This document shows positions 61,856 through 64,000 of a DNA stretch of 64,000 nucleotides, one piece after another. The stretch comes from Sphaeroforma arctica JP610. Its lineage: Eukaryota. The notes beneath the pieces are model-generated. The model saw nothing but the letters and a program-made list of their open reading frames with translations. It was not told the DNA's origin and ran no database searches. How positions within the stretch are numbered: position 1 is the first letter of the stretch; the number at the start of each line of letters is the position of its first letter. The translations under genes and the position numbers were made by a program. The DNA is taken from assembly GCF_001186125.1 (NCBI RefSeq), contig NW_014040248.1:12045-76044 (forward strand). Direction: 5' to 3'.

Positions 61856-63975
61856 NTATAATGTGCGAGTATATATAATATAATATAATATAATATAATA
61901 TAATACAAATTATATATAATCGTTGCCTACACGTAACCTACTTATATCACTCTCTCCATACATACATACATATACACACGCATACCTGGGACCAAGCTTG
62001 CCCATGAGCGTCACAGTGATCCACCACAGGTGGAATAGGGCCACCATAATCAGTGACCCACAGAACAACCAACCCACTGAGTACCGCAGATACAGTTGCG
62101 AGTAACTGCCTGCGTCAGACGGCCAATGGTACTCTTCGTACGCCTCGTCCGGAAGCTCATCATCGTAATACACCATCTCTCCAATGGCCCACACCTGGTG
62201 GGGCGATATGATATGGGTGAGTGAATGTATATATACATATATGAAGATACACACACACACACATTTATATATATATATTTATATAACGACAAGTTGGTCT
62301 CAGATATCAAGTAGTGCAGACAACAGCGGCGGTAGAGAAGGTACGCATGAGGATGTGGACATGCACGTCCATGCCTGTCTGATAGTAATACCGCACAAAA
62401 CCCTAAACCCTAAAGTAGAGCAACCAATGGGCAAAGTCAACCCCTAAAACCCTAAACAATGCACCATATAAATCTGAACCCTAAACGATACACAATACTA
62501 ATCAGGGATCATTCTGTACCCACGGAGATATGAACATTTCTACAGATGAACTCAAGCGACACTCTCACAGCTCCACAGAGGGCATCATATCCTCTGTTCT
62601 AGTTAAATCTCTTATCCATCATACGCACACTACTACCACTCTATACATAAACCAAAGTATAAGGTACATATACAAATACGCTCATATTATATATATATAT
62701 ATATATAAGGTGACACGCTCTTTAACAAAAAAAAATCGAATCATAGTAAAAATACATGCATATTTATACGTATATACATACATATGTATACAGTTGTAAA
62801 ACAGGTGCAACCATACTCATCTACAGGACATACAGTGTTAGCAAACAACCAAGCCATGACCAAACAGTTGTGGAACAGGTGCAGTAGCTGCCCTCGCCGC
62901 CTCAGACACTTCCAGATCAGATCGGCAAACAGAAAGAAGGTAGGCACCACAAAGATGATGTAGCCTGCATTCGACCCATACGTCCACAGACAATCCTTAA
63001 CCACCCACAGCAGAACGTGCGTGTCCTGTGCATATGTGGGTGGGGATAGAGGAGGTGGGCATGTATATTTGGGATAAAGATGAACGGTATGGAGCCCTAT
63101 GTACGTGCGTGTGGGAGTAGGGGAGGTAGGGATAGGGAGGTGGGAATTGGGGAGGTGGGCATGCATATTTATTTTACCTGAAGAATGGAATGGAACTTAA
63201 AATCTTGAGATAGAGCGTGTGTGAGGAGTGGGGTCGCGCGTCGCCGCTGTGTAACAATACATATGATATCGGGGGGCAATAAGTTAGTTATTGGAAAGTG
63301 GAATAGCAATCAGTCGGCTATTGGAAAGTGTAATGGCTTCGTGACTCCAAATTGTGATCGTGAGTACAAGCCATGTAAGTAGTACAGTACGTGCCTGTGT
63401 GAGTAGACATTTCTAAATTATCCTTCCACTACTACGCAAAGTCCTACGTCCCGGAATACGTCCTGGAATCACACTCAACCGGTTGTCGCTCGACTTCTAT
63501 GAACTGAAGTAATTTTACGCATTCCACCGATGTTTGCCAAAACGTCAAGCATAGACAGACCGTATAGCCTCTCAGAATAGTGTGAGTGTCTGTGATAGGT
63601 ATACGATTGCCCACGCACCTGGCAATCATTCAAACTTGGGGGGTGTGTGTGTGTGTGTGTGTACTACGCTATCCCCTACGCAGCGCTATCCCCTAAAACC
63701 CTACCACACAGCCGCATGCAAGCCTGGCCTTACCTCGTACTCGATGAAGTCGATGAAGTACAGTCCAAAGCGCGTTGGCGGTCTGTTCTTGTTGATCTCA
63801 CGCACAAAGGTGTCTGTGCGAGTGAACCCAGGTAAACTCGGGAAGCACCTGAGCACGTAGTAGATGGAGAGCCAGATGGAGCCTCCCAGAAGGATGTACT
63901 TGGCGTATTCAGCGTATTGGTTGTATACTGCGTCAGCCATCTCGTAGACCTGATCTTCGTCCATACCATCCGTGT
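59875..63975 (-). CDS. 3' part of an uncharacterised multi-pass membrane protein (continues beyond the window)
   Basis: Phase-consistent exons 63975-63734, 63025-62834, 62194-61986, 60810-60662 and 59957-59875. Motifs [34 protein letters not shown]; several hydrophobic helices. The gap at 60929-61855 may hide exons. Confidence 0.8.
59995..60250. repeat. Intronic ~17-bp minisatellite
   Basis: AGCTAAATATAGAACA-like unit repeated roughly 14 times. Confidence 0.85.
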
Positions 63976-64000
63976 CTGTGCAGGATTACATAGGGTTAGG

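Overview
Eukaryotic genomic window (GT-AG introns, TA/CA microsatellite-filled introns, four N-gaps). The style suggests an intron-rich protist such as an ichthyosporean, but this is not verified. Bases 1 to ~28.9 kb are nested, decayed retroelements: a minus-strand LINE-like element (APE-like remnant, RT, C-terminal Cys/His knuckle) interrupted by two independent solo LTRs with 4-bp TSDs; further solo LTRs; two partial Ty3/Gypsy elements; and a nearly complete plus-strand Gypsy element (gag-PR-RT-RNaseH-...-INT-PPT-3'LTR). Main observation: that Gypsy element carries a frameshifted Dam/DIRS-type amino-(N6-adenine-like) DNA methyltransferase domain between RNase H and integrase. A second, sequence-divergent copy of the same domain type sits just upstream of the LINE endonuclease once the solo LTRs are removed. 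Bases ~29-35.7 kb are non-coding, with three MITE-like units and dense micro-duplications. The right half holds host genes: an intronless PHACTR/neurabin/Bni4-type PP1-binding protein, a 15-exon type II membrane S33/TAP-like alpha/beta hydrolase (ends HNEL, catalytic His apparently substituted), the 3' part of a coiled-coil protein ending KDEL, and the 3' part of an uncharacterised membrane protein. All family calls come from motif recognition by eye; no searches were run.
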